DNA from: Octopus sinensis
Lineage: Eukaryota
DNA length: 64,000 nucleotides
Direction: 5' to 3'
Assembly (NCBI RefSeq): GCF_006345805.1
Contig: NC_043010.1
Span: 19,282,001 to 19,346,000 of the forward strand
Every line of letters begins with the position of its first letter. Within the stretch, counting starts at the first letter, position 1. The notes beneath the pieces were generated by a model, which was not told the DNA's origin, did no database searches, and worked only from the letters and a program-made list of their open reading frames with translations. This document shows, in pieces, positions 1 through 12,452 of this stretch. Made by a program: the position numbers and the translations under genes.

Positions 1-628
1 ATGCTTAGTGAATTTTGTCCGTCTTTACGATCTGAGTTCAAATTCCGGAGTCGATACAATAAGTACCAGTAAGAGCACTGGGGTTGATGTAATCAATTTA
101 TCCACTGTCCCGAAATTGCTGACATTGTACAAACATTTGTAGCTAATAAATATTATACACGCAAAATATAAAGCGACAAGAGAACAGAATTGTTACCACA
201 CCGGAAAAAATGCTTAACAACATTTCTTCCAAATTTACATCCTGCGTTCAAATTCTGCTGAGGTCAACTTTGCCCTTCATCCTCTAGGGGGTCGATAAAA
301 TAAGTACCAGTTGAACACTGGGGCCGATGCAATCGACTATTCCCTTCCCACGAAACTGCTGGCCTAGTGCCAAAATTTGAAATGAAAATTATACACGCAT
401 AATTTCATCATATATAATTATATGTTTCTCCGTCGAGGAGTACGTCCCCGAAATGTTAAGCATTTTTCTTACAGTAAATTACTTTATCCAACACCTACTC
501 TTCTTACCCATCTAAATTAACATCAGTTTCCCTCAGAGCTTACTGGTTGCGTCAGACTCTACAACTACATTAGCTGTGCCTCAGTAACTATATTTATATT
601 ATTTCTTTCTTAATATCCATGAATTCAA

Positions 629-843
629 TGCGGCGAGCTGGCAGAAACGTTAGCACGCCGGACGAAATGCTTAGCGGTATTTCGTCCGTCTTTACGTTCT
701 GAATTCAAATTCTGCCGAGGTCGACTGTGCCTTTCAACCTTTCGGAGTCGATAAATTAAGTGCCAGTTGTATACTGGGGGTCGATCTAATCGACTGGCCC
801 CTCCCCGAAAATGTCGGGCCTTGTGCTTAAAGTAGAAAAGAAT
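629..843 (+). mobile_element. tRNA-derived SINE family A (resembles Octopus OK-type), with TSD
   Basis: gcggcgagctggcagaaacgttagcacgccgg..gttctgaattcaaattc..gtagaaaagaat, flanked by at(a/c)ccatgaattca repeats. Other copies near 1-130, 200-385, 15540-15700, 21050-21210(-), 23872-24100, 28945-29165, 46240-46335(-), 54205-54410(-). Confidence 0.8.
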
Positions 844-1522
844 ACCCATGAATTCATCCTCACTGGCACGAAAGGGCGCCCTCTCGTGACAGCTGACCAA
901 ATCATTATGGTTCCTGAACTCTGGACAATGAGCCAGGTTCGTCTTACTTCTTGGCTAATTCCACTGAAATGAAAGCAGTAACATTATTAAGGATCAGGGA
1001 ATGCTAGAAGAACAGAACGTGTTTGGGTGGTTACACATTCTCTTAATATCATTTTCATTTCAATTGTTACACACAGAACAACAAGCTGCATTTTCAAAGG
1101 CTGCTTTGCATGTTGCCCTGTCTATCCTTTCGGTGACAGAGACACTTGGGCAAGCAGAAGGCGACATACAATCGACAACGAAATTTATAGAAAGGTACAT
1201 ACAGTGTGTGCTTATGTCTAGATGGATACGAGTGTGTATGTGGACAAAAATGAGTCAAGAGAATTAACACACGGAGGCAGTGATAGGAATTTGAACAACA
1301 AAGCGAATAAAGATATATTAAATACCATACAAGACAAATTAATGAGTTATTTAAACTTTCGCATCGAGGCAAGGTAGATAAATTCCTGGAGGCAACTGAG
1401 GCGGACTGTGAATGAGAAGAGGAGAGAGTCTCTGAAATCAGGGCTTCACCGCAATTAACATACTATTAAGGAAAAGAACGTTTTTTCCCTACTTTTTATT
1501 TTATTCTGGAGACATTAGAAAA

Positions 1523-1565
1523 TCATGGACATATGTTTCTGCCCCAACCGACTTCATCAGAACAG
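1523..1565 (-). ncRNA. Minimal hammerhead motif, intact core but weak stem I
   Basis: Reverse strand ctgtt-CTGATGA-a-gtc-ggttgg-ggc-a-GAAA-C-ATAT-GTC^-catga; palindromic ACAUAUGU; mismatch next to the core in stem I. Confidence 0.4.
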
Positions 1566-1978
1566 CGGTCGTCTAACTTTGACTCCAGCGGACAAACAAT
1601 TTGGATGTAAAGAAAAAGAATATAAAACATTTGTGGCCTAGGATAATCCATAATTAAACGAAAACAAGCTAAAAGACATAACTCAGAGTTGTTGATGGTA
1701 TAAACCTGGACAACAAAGCGAATATTAATTACCATACAGAATAAACCTATCATTTATTGAAATTACCTTCTCTTCAAGAGAGGGTAAACAAACGCCTAAT
1801 GGCAATTGCGATAGAATCCGAATGAGTGGGGAGACAATTTCACGAATCCAGAACTTTCCGAAATTGACAGTGTTGAGTATAACATGAAAATAATAGGCGG
1901 CAGTTCACAATATATTTCTGTCACATGATTCGTTTTAGCTGCTCACATATGTGTGTATGTGTATATAGATGTACGCAT

Positions 1979-2013
<35 letters not shown>

Positions 2014-3689
2014 TTGTCTGCGTGTATGGTGTGTATGATTATATGTGTGTGCGTGTGTGCATGTGTCTGGGTGTGTGGTCGCGCGTTTATGTGTGTATCG
2101 GAGTGTGTATGCGAGAGTGTGTAATCGAGTGTGTGAGTGAGTGTGTATGCGCGTGCGCTGTGTGTGTGTAATCTTACAAATCACAGGTTCCAAATATTTT
2201 CAATTTCGTTCTCGTTTTCAAATCCTATTTCTTCTGCCTCTAATTCTTCGTTTATGAGATCTAATTATCCAGCTGCTCATTAGTGCAGCAGCCGTAATTA
2301 GCTTCACCATAAACATAATTTCAACATAACAACATCCACACACAGTCGGACACACATACATATATACATACATACATACATACATACATGCATACATACA
2401 CACATACATACATACATGCATGCATACATACATACACATACACATACATACATACATACATACATACATACATACATACATACATACATACATACATACA
2501 CACACATGCATACATATACTTATGCACAGATATATACACGCTCATTTATACACATATGCACATAGTCACGGGATCTTCGTCGGTTTCCACGACGACTATT
2601 GCATTTCTTCCATGGACTCAGCTGCTTAGTTGTTAAATTAGCGTGTAGAATGGCCGAGTACTCCATAGACATGTGTTCCCTCAATACGGGTATCTGAGAA
2701 CTTTGAAAAGACCTCAAGGAGTAACGACCGTGCCCTGCATAGTTATGGGCTGCCCATTGGCAAGGCATAGCACCCGTCCACTCACCCTGACAGGTATAGG
2801 GCGCAGTCATGGCACTGCAGCATTGTGAAGAGGAGCGGAAGAGCGCCACTGAGTCAACGGTACTTCTGACATTGATGCTGACCGGGGGAATCCAAGAAGA
2901 TTAAACGATTAGGCTCATCGAACTCTGCGAAGAGAGTAACTTCAACAGATCCTTAAGGGTGGTGGCCATGGTTGTATAATCAGCTGATGAAAGATTCATT
3001 GTGTATCACTCCTCTGAGTTCAATTCATAATAATGGAATTGGATGGCAACAAAAAGTCACCGGAATCTGTGCAAGCAGCTCAGCCGGACCCTTAATATAA
3101 TTCTCCGGCGTGACAGTGCATGTGACAAAGCTCAAGTCGGAATAATCATTCCGTCGGCTTCAACACAATTTCCGTCTGACTGGCTTTTCTCTCAAGCTAT
3201 GGCTTGGCCCGGAGCTATAGAAGACCATATCGAACTCAAGACCTCTTAGTTACCAGACGATTTTCTTAACCATTCATCCATGCTCAGTAAATACGTGCAC
3301 CTACACACACATATGCACACATGCACATATATGCACATTCGCAATACACTAGCACATCGATCAATCACACACACACATATACTTCCTACCATTCGCATAC
3401 TCTACTTACACACACACATACATACACGCACATACACATACATACACGCACACACCATACACATAGGAGTAAGCTACTTGATATGGATTGTTTCTTAATG
3501 ATCCTCTTAATTGCTCGATCCATCCACTCCGTTACAATACTACATCCCACACACAACGTCTTCACTGCTATATCCCTTACATGAAATTTGCATATTCCAA
3601 TATGTCTGACGTATGTCAGTCATGCACGAGGATTCACAGTAGACATTTTAAAATATCACCCCTATAATGATAGCAACAGCAACAGCAGT

Positions 3690-4052
3690 GGAGGCGCAAT
3701 GGCCCAGTGGTTAGGGCAGCGGACTCGCGGTTTCGATTCCCAGACCGGGCGTTGTGTGTGTTTATTGAGCGAAAACACCTAAAGCTCTACGAGACTCCGG
3801 CAGGGGGTGGTGGTGAACCCTATTGTACTCTTTCGTCCCGACTTTCTCTCACTCTTTCTTCCTGTTTCTTGTCCCCGACTTCCTACGCAACCGCTGAGCC
3901 TGGATGCGCATTCATCCATCCGTCGATGCTCTCGGTGGGGGTTGACCCGCTTTTCCTTCTGCGGGTCTTACGAATAGCAAAGGAATACGTTTCGGACTTC
4001 TCTCACTACAGAGGCGCGATCTTGCGAGCTCTGGGACGAAGACCGCTTCGCT
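3690..4052 (+). mobile_element. tRNA-derived SINE family C
   Basis: A-box tggcccagtgg, B-box ggtttcgattccc; inserted in (aacagc)n; a 5' half copy lies at ~16315-16430. Confidence 0.75.
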
Positions 4053-4679
4053 CAACAGCAACAGCAACAGCAACAACAACAGCACTAATAACTACAAAGC
4101 AACAACATAAACGATATTCACGCTGATGATGACAATGACAAGGGAGTTGATGACGGAAACAAGGATTTCTTTTATTTGCTAAAAGGGCATCGGCTGAAGG
4201 GAACATCACAAACATAGGTTACATATAAAATTGGGGTCTGACATCAGACGAAGTAGCAAGACTACACAAAAAGAAAATTTGGCAAAAATGATATTTACTC
4301 CGAACATAGAAACGAATGGGCATTATCGAACTGGAAAGTATAAAATATCCACCATTGTAAGTTATCATTGTAAGAGCAGAGGAATAACTTGTAAAGAACA
4401 ATGGAAAAACCAATAGATATAATGATAATAACACGAACGATACAAATGTCAGGTTTTTTTTTTTATCGTGGAAGAAGCCAACAAAACAGAGGCTGAAATG
4501 ATAGATATGAATATAAAAAAAATACAAGACACAACGGAAATTGTGAAAAGGCTAACATCTAAGCTGAAATTGGAGTTATGGTCTGTCATAATAAAGCGAT
4601 TGCAAGAAAATGAAACCCTTACACTACCTGTAAAAGCTAAACAGCATGAAAAGAGATAAGGAAAATTCACAATACTGGC

Positions 4680-5440
4680 TGAGAAGCGCAGGACGCAAAG
4701 GTGAGATTGAAAGCTTCTTGGTTTCAGCGCAAGATCAAAGTCGCTTCACCAGAAGCCATCAATAACATGAAGCAGAATACAGCAGCCTCAAGACATGGGG
4801 AATTTGTGAAGAAACAGCTAACCATATTACTTCTGTTTGTTCAGTCTTAGTCAAGGAAAAGTATATATCTATGGGTATTGACAGCGTTGGGACTTTACGC
4901 TGGAAGTCATGCCAGCATAACGAAATACCAGACAGAAGAAAGTGGTATTGATATACGCAAGGAAAAGTCGATCATACTCTGGGGTGAGCAAATACACATT
5001 CGGTGAGATTATGGCTAATTGACCAGATACTGTTGTGAAGGACCCCTGGAAAGGATATGCTTCCATATCGAAGTATCACACTCGTCATATGGTAATCTAT
5101 CAAAAAACAAAATGGAGAATTTGTCCAAATATTCCGTTCTGGACATAGAGGAAGCCAAATAGGAGGCAGAAAACAAAAATAATGACATTAATAATAACTT
5201 CGGAAAGTATCGAAAATCATAAATACAAATGTATAACCAAAATAGTAGACTTACAAATATGCACAAAATGCAGAGATTTACACTACCCGACCCTGCACTT
5301 ACCCGAGTTACATGAAACTGTGCTGACAATTCAAGTTAATAGACCAGATATTGTAGTAAAAGACAACAGAAACAAGAAGAGCAAATTAAAAGTGATACGA
5401 GTATCAGATAAAAATATATCGGTAAAAGAACTTTGAAACT
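4680..5440 (+). mobile_element. Old degenerate R4/Dong fragments
   Basis: Resemble subfamily D 44630-45130 (gaaagcttcttggtttcagcgcaagatcaaag; NRPDIVVKD..ISVKE). Confidence 0.6.
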
Positions 5441-5521
5441 GAAAACGAATTGTTTTTCCCCACGATGTTGTCCACTTCGATTTTCAAAACGAGACGAAGT
5501 TAACACACACACGCACATGTT

Positions 5522-5552
<31 letters not shown>

Positions 5553-5979
5553 CACCGTGATCACCGTGACCGACCAGGCTATCAGATGTTGCTACACATC
5601 ACTGGTCACAATGCGCTTCACATTGTTTTAGCCTTCAAATGACGCCACCCCGCTGGCTAAGCGAGCAGGCCAATATATATATATTATATATATATATATA
5701 TAATATATATATATATAGTAAATATATATATATATATATACTAAGCAAATTATGAGATAGAGGTTATGTAACCATCTAAGGGATAAATGTATCCGTTGAC
5801 ACTAGTGGTGTATTACCTCACTATGTATAGCCCTGGCTATAAGGTATACTGTAGTATGTAATTTAAAGGTAAAACCGTGGTTTAATATACATATATAGAA
5901 AAGAAAAGAAATGGAGCAATAATTAATAATGAGAAGTTTATCATTGGTATGAAAAAGTCGTTGTTTAATTGTAGTTTGG

Positions 5980-6064
5980 AACCATTTACAGCTGTTTCTG
6001 TTTATCAAATCGAGGTAAATTTGCATTTATCTCATTCAATTTAACAAACATCGTCAGAATGATT
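5980..6064 (-). ncRNA. Type I hammerhead ribozyme motif (mirror copy)
   Basis: Exact reverse complement of 6545-6629. Confidence 0.8.
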
Positions 6065-6197
6065 TAGAGGAATATAAAATAGGAGAAAAGGGAAAAGAAA
6101 GGAAACGGAAAAAGAAAAGGAAAAAGTTCGTTAAGTCTTTAGGCTTATATTTTAGTAACTTATTGGGTTCTATTAGATGAATTGAGCAGTTATTTAC

Positions 6198-6229
<32 letters not shown>

Positions 6230-6544
6230 GTATATAAAGGTCATGTCATTATGTTAAACCGTTAATCCCTACACATTTTTTCTCTCTCCAATTTTTTATC
6301 TGTCATCCCTTTCTGTTGAAGAGCATAGGCTCAAAATGTCAAAGGCTTCCTGAGTGACAAACTAATACACTTGGTTGTTGTTCTCTCACTTGTCTTAGCC
6401 TTTTGTTTTCTGTAAATAACTGCTCAATTCATCTAATAGAACCCAATAAGTTACTAAAATATAAGCATAAAGACTTAACGAACTTTTTCCTTTTCCTTTT
6501 CCGTTTCCTTTCTTTTCCCTTTTCTCCTATTTTATATTCCTCTA

Positions 6545-6629
6545 AATCATTCTGACGATGTTTGTTAAATTGAATGAGATAAATGCAAATTTACCTCGAT
6601 TTGATAAACAGAAACAGCTGTAAATGGTT
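6545..6629 (+). ncRNA. Type I hammerhead ribozyme motif (complete)
   Basis: aatcatt-CTGACGA-tgtttgttaaatt..gatttgataaaca-GAAA-C-AGCT-GTA^-aatggtt: 7 bp stem I, 13 bp stem II (G-U included), 2 bp stem III with palindromic AGCU loop. Confidence 0.8.
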
Positions 6630-6748
6630 CCAAACTACAATTAAACAACGACTTTTTCATACCAATGATAAACTTCTCATTATTAATTATTGCTCCATTT
6701 CTTTTCTTTTCTATATATGTATATTAAACCACGGTTTTACCTTTAAAT

Positions 6749-6798
<50 letters not shown>

Positions 6799-6801
<3 letters not shown>

Positions 6802-8082
6802 GGTGGGGAAGCAAAATTTACAATATTTTGAGGCAGGGATTGAAAGGCAGTGTATGACCAATTAGTTTATTGAAAGTCATGAGAATTTATTTGCCACAAG
6901 AAAATTTACATAATAGAAAATGTTTTTTACTCTATGTGTCCTCCTTCTTTCTCAATAACTGCCTTCACATGCTTCCTGAAACTTGCGCAAGTGTTCCTCA
7001 AATATTCGGGAGACAACTTCTCCCATTCTTCTTTAATAGTATCTTTAAGAGAGTCGACATTGCTGTGTGATGTTCTATTGGTAGCATGTTCTAAAACGCC
7101 CCAAATAGAATCATCCAGAGGATTTAGATCTGGGCTAAAAGGCGGCCATAAACATGATACCAAAAAATTGCTAAAGTTGGATTTGCAGAAATCTTGTATT
7201 TTTCTAGCTGTGTGGGCTGGAGTACCGCCCTGTGTCCATACATAATTACCATCTGGGTAGTTTGCTTTAAGCCATGGCAATACCTGGTATCTCAGAGACT
7301 TGTAGTAAGTATTGATCTTTTCATCAGCTTTGTAGAATTTTATAGGCGTTTTCTTTCCATCGGAATCCACAACACCAAAAGCCATAACTTGAGCAGGATG
7401 TTTTGTTTTGAATGTCCCCTTAAACTCAGCTGTTGATTTTGTGATAAATCTGTTATTTCTGCGGTTCAGAACAGCATCGGCAGTGAAGATCTTTTCATCA
7501 GAAAAGATCGTTACAATGGAGGACTTTTTCTTGAACCATGTAATGATTTTCTTGCACCTTTCCAATCTCTTTTCCTTCATAGCTGTTGTCAACAAGTATT
7601 TTGGTGTTCTTGTGTAAGATTTTAACCTCAAATCATATTGTACTGCATTTCTAATGGTCTTCTTGTCTACCCCAAGTTCAATTGCCATTTTTTTCATGGA
7701 TATGGTTGGATCCTTTAGGATTTTGGATTTGAGAGCTTTCATAAAAGCTTTGGTACGTTTTTTGTTGATTCCTCCACTTTCAGACTTCCTCGTAATAGTT
7801 TTGCTCATAGTCATTCTATTCTTTACATAATAAACAGTATTTATGGACACTCCAACTATTCTTGAAATCTCCTTTGGTGTGACGAGCGCAATCAGCAAAT
7901 CACACACACTTTGACATTTGCTTTCCTAATTACTCATATGGGTAAAAGTTTCTGCAAAGGTAAGGATAACAGTGTTAGGTATGATTATGACATCAATATA
8001 TGCTAGGTTTCAAAACAATTGACTTAGTGCCTGCTGAGAAAAAACAACTTAATGTTCATTGTAAATTTGCTTCCCCACCCTG
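6799..8082 (-). mobile_element. Full-length Tc1/mariner superfamily element, DD37D (maT) type, 1284 bp
   Basis: TIRs cagggtggggaagcaaaatttaca / tgtaaatttgcttccccaccctg, inserted in (TA)n. Transposase motifs FSDEK and SPDLNPLD; 37 residues between the 2nd and 3rd catalytic positions. Confidence 0.92.
6927..7937 (-). pseudogene. DD37D transposase, no frameshift but a stop at codon 4 and the 2nd catalytic D changed to G
   Basis: ATG AGT AAT TAG at 7937-7926. WTQGGTPAH where WxQDGAPAH is expected. A 326 aa open frame follows. Confidence 0.85.
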
Positions 8083-8086
8083 TATA

Positions 8087-8153
<67 letters not shown>

Positions 8154-8164
8154 GGTTGTGTCTG

Positions 8165-8385
8165 ACCGCCTCCTGTACTTACACCTTAGATCCATCATGG
8201 CGTATGATGTGACTTTTAGCCTAGACATTGTATTGAGAAGATGGCCACATATATTGCATATCTGATTTGGACCACCAAGAGCTGCAGTTAAGTTCTGATC
8301 TTCGTGGATCTTAAAATGTCTTTTGAGGCCTCCGCTAGATTTGCAGACCTTATGGCATACACGGCATTGAAACATGCGTGGAAAC
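8165..8385 (-). mobile_element. Two C2H2 zinc fingers followed by a stop, probably the 3' end of an RTE-type LINE ORF
   Basis: FQCRVCHKVCKSSGGLKRHFKIH, then ICNICGHLLNTMSRL-(1 nt shift)-KSHIIRHDGSKV*. No TGEKP linker and no splice sites noted. Confidence 0.55.
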
Positions 8386-8562
8386 ACACTCACACACACA
8401 CACAACATATATATATATATAGTGTACTATACTGTGAAGGTAGTATCAACAAAAAATACTGGTGGATATATATATATAGAGATCAACATGTGATCTCTTG
8501 AGCACCAACAGCAAAAAAATTTTTTTCCTGTCTTCCCTTCTCGGGATCTTTCCTTCTCCTTT

Positions 8563-8597
8563 GTTTCCGACGAAGAGCTCCTCTCGAAACGTTAAAC
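8563..8597 (+). ncRNA. Minimal hammerhead motif, CCGA (U4C) variant
   Basis: gttt-CCGACGA-a-gag-ctcct-ctc-GAAA-CGTT^-aaac. Confidence 0.55.
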
Positions 8598-8689
8598 CCT
8601 CCTTCCCTTCTTTCCTGAGCGTCAAATAATACTAATGTTCCACGTCCTCGCGTTGCTGTGTTTTTTTCTGTGTTTTTCTGTGTTTTATA

Positions 8690-8740
<51 letters not shown>

Positions 8741-8850
8741 AATGTGACACTTAAGATACATTCCTCTATTTACATTAATATCGGAGGTCTATTTCATTCT
8801 TTTGTTTCTTACCATTTTATCAATATATTATATATATATATATATACATA

Positions 8851-8885
<35 letters not shown>

Positions 8886-8992
8886 CTATATATATATATA
8901 TGTAATGTGACACACTTACAGATACATTCCTCTATTTACATATATCGAGGTCTATTTTCATTCTTTGTTTCTTACCATTTTTATCAATATAT

Positions 8993-9040
<48 letters not shown>

Positions 9041-9064
9041 CATGTAAATGCTTTTCTTCTGTAA

Positions 9065-9600
9065 AGATTGTCTTCTCCCGTTTCATCTTTATGTATCAAT
9101 TCTTGAGTAATTTTCTGTGGAAACTAGAGACACGGAAGAGCATCTCGTCGGAAATCGGATGCAGATCTATGTCGGCAAATGCAAATAGCATTGTAATAGC
9201 GCCGGACAGTAGGGGCATCGGGGTGATGAACCACACTTTAAGGGACTCGAAGCGGTGACACGAGCCAAAAAGAACCAAGAAGTCAGTGAACTTGCAATTC
9301 GATGTCTGGAATGACAGGTCTATGCCGTCCGACTGCGTCAAGAGACACAGGATGGAGGAACCGATCAAATTGCACAGGGTCTGGTTTAATCTAGATCTCC
9401 GAGTGAGGGAAAAGCTGCGAACAATTGACGAGCAGGGTGGTGGCCAATCTCACCCAGAAATGGGCCGAGAGAGCTATCCCTGAAAGGTAAAACAGTGATG
9501 AGGGTCAATTACATCACCTCCGCCATCTATTGCCGCCTGATAATAGTATCGAAGAAGATGGACTGTCATTCGCATCTTTCCGACAGCCATAGCAGTGAAA
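9065..9600 (+). mobile_element. Second, older L1/Tx1-clade fragment
   Basis: EPIKLHRVWFNLDL..QKWAER..LSLKGK aligns by eye with 22217-22429 (-). Confidence 0.6.
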
Positions 9601-9962
9601 TGATATCGACGGAGATGAGAAACCGGACTGCAGAATACTCTCACGCACCATGATGGACAGAGTACCGCTACTACTGCTGCTGCTGCTGCTGCTGCTAATG
9701 ATGATGATGATGATGATGATGATGATTACAGTAGTGGTGGTGGTGGTGGTGTCAGAAGTGATGCCAATTGAGATGTGAAATTGGTTATCTTTTAATGAGA
9801 TTTCCTGTCAGAATCAAACCTTCTTATATTCCGTGATATGGAGGAGGAGGATGAGGAGGAGGAGGGAAATGTCAGTGAGGGGGAAAAGGTAGTGGAAATA
9901 GTTTCAACTTCGTTGTTGTTGTTATTGTTTTTATCGTTTCTTCCTTATTTATCTTCCCATCC

Positions 9963-10009
<47 letters not shown>

Positions 10010-10303
10010 CTCGCTCTCTTACATTCTCTTCTTAAAAGTCTCTGCTTCTGTTCCTTGCTCACCAACCCCTCTCTACCTTTTCTTTCTTTCCCACTCTCAC
10101 TCTCTCCCTCTCTCGCTCTGTCGCTCGCTCTCTCTCTCTCCATCTATCTTTATACTTACCATCTATCTATCTATCTTGTTATGTATCTATCAATCCATAT
10201 GTTCATCTATCTATGTTTGTTTGTTCGTCTATCACTTTGTCTGTCTGTCGATCAACATACTTATCTATCTATCTTGCTATTCATTTATCTATCTATTTGT
10301 CTG

Positions 10304-10338
<35 letters not shown>

Positions 10339-10340
10339 CT

Positions 10341-10389
<49 letters not shown>

Positions 10390-10390
10390 T

Positions 10391-10424
<34 letters not shown>

Positions 10425-10512
10425 TATCTATTATCTATCTGTCTGTCTGTCTATCTGTCTCTCTTTATATCTATATCTGTATCTAATTTTATTCCCTTTC
10501 TCTCTCGTTATC

Positions 10513-10562
<50 letters not shown>

Positions 10563-10709
10563 AACATACACACATACATACATACACACAAATATATATT
10601 TATATATATGCATACATATAGATATATACGTGCAAATGCACATATAAATATGCAGGTATGTATATTAAACAATCGTTTCTCATCCCCCCACTCATTACAT
10701 CCTTCACAC

Positions 10710-10745
<36 letters not shown>

Positions 10746-10826
10746 ACATACACACTTTCTCTATCTGTCTGTCTCTCTCTCTCTCTCACTCTCAGTGTGC
10801 ATCTATCACTCCCACTATACCATTAG

Positions 10827-10857
<31 letters not shown>

Positions 10858-11225
10858 TCAAACTCCATCTTTTTCTCTCGATCCATTCCCTCGTCTCACC
10901 TCCTATACCCTCTTCCCCCACCCCGAATCCTACCAAAAACGCTAAATTCAACTTCAGATCAGAGAAACTTAATATATTAAGTGGTCACTTGAACCAATCC
11001 ACTTGAAAGTAAACTCTTCACAGACACTTCACCACTCCACGGGTTCAGTTCCTGTCCTAAGCACTACATTTCACTACTTCGTTGGTAGTTTTTGCTTAAT
11101 TTCTTTTTAGATATACACAATCTCTCTCTCTCTCTCTTTCTCTCTCTACCTGTCTGTCTATCTTTATTTCTCGCTTTATATTTGTATGTGTATACATACA
11201 CACACACATTATATATTGTATGAAT

Positions 11226-11338
<113 letters not shown>

Positions 11339-11949
11339 GAAAGAGAGAGAGAGACACGCCTGCGTGCTCGCACACACATACACACATACACACACATATT
11401 ATCACTGTTGAAAGTGAACCACTCGAAGTAGATTCCTTCTAGAAGTAGTACTCAATACATGATACAAATGTAGAGTTATTCGTCTTTCTATTTAAAACCT
11501 GACACGATGATCGTTTCGACCTGACACGATGATCGTTTCGTGAAAACGATCATAGTGCCAACAGTCAAATTGCATACATATGTGTGTGTTTATAGAAGCA
11601 AAATTAAAGGTTACAAACCTCATTAAGGGATAGCAATATCCTATGAAAGTACTGGTTAATTACCTATATAAAGAGTATTGAACATTGTATTTAATACTCC
11701 ACTGCAAGGTAACAATATAAACCGTGGTTTATATATATTTATTTATTATAATGATAGGATGAGAAAATTGAGATATAATTAATAAATCATTATTTATTAA
11801 TTAAATAAATTTGGCAAACATCTTTACAGCTGTTTCAATTCACACCCTCAGAAAATTAATTAAATTACAAAATTAAATTAAAATTAACGGCTTGCAGCCG
11901 TTTACTCAACATGCAGGAATCGAACAACTATTTTGTATATCTTTATCTA

Positions 11950-12031
11950 CCTCTGAAGAGATTCGACTTTCAATTAATTTTTAATTTGATCAATTAATTT
12001 TCTGAGTGTCTGAATTGAAACAGCTGTAAGG
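11950..12031 (+). ncRNA. Type I hammerhead ribozyme motif, long loop 2
   Basis: cct-CTGAAGA-gattcgac..gtctgaatt-GAAA-C-AGCT-GTA^-agg: 3 bp stem I, 8 bp stem II with a 1 nt bulge. Confidence 0.7.
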
Positions 12032-12271
12032 GATGTTTGTCAATTGTTTAATTAATAAATAATAATTTATTAATTACCTCTCTATTTGCTCATTGTATTA
12101 TATATATATATTATAATATATATATATATATATACAAAAATTAGAGGAATGACCACTAATAGTGGACAGCCTGTATGCTAGATATAGACGTCGAACTCGC
12201 CATTAACCACGAAGAATGTGTTCTCAAGAAAAAATTCAGCAATTAATATCAATTTCTACCCTTATTATATC

Positions 12272-12322
<51 letters not shown>

Positions 12323-12335
12323 ATTATATATATAA

Positions 12336-12377
<42 letters not shown>

Positions 12378-12452
12378 ATATTATATTATATATATATATA
12401 TATTAAAATAACTAAGTCTCTCTAAAAGAGAACAGCGGCAGCGTTCCGGAAA

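Larger units (their letters stand above)
5855..6754. repeat. Inverted duplication, 344 bp arms (5855-6198 / 6411-6754), Penelope pLTR-like
   Basis: Arms differ at about 2 positions by eye. The ORF track gives the same peptide on both strands (5802..6026 - and 6583..6831 +). Confidence 0.9.

Noticed and set aside
1077-1194. Possible exon (cacacag|..GAAAG|gtacat) encoding EQQAAFSKAALHVALSILSVTETLGQAEGDIQSTTKFIER
   Set aside because: No recognisable homology, not HDC-like, weak donor, and 118 nt would not preserve the frame.
11498-11560. 21 bp tandem duplicate (cctgacacgatgatcgtttcg x2) followed by a short inverted copy
   Set aside because: Only two units and no spacers, so not CRISPR-like; probably a local slippage or repair scar.
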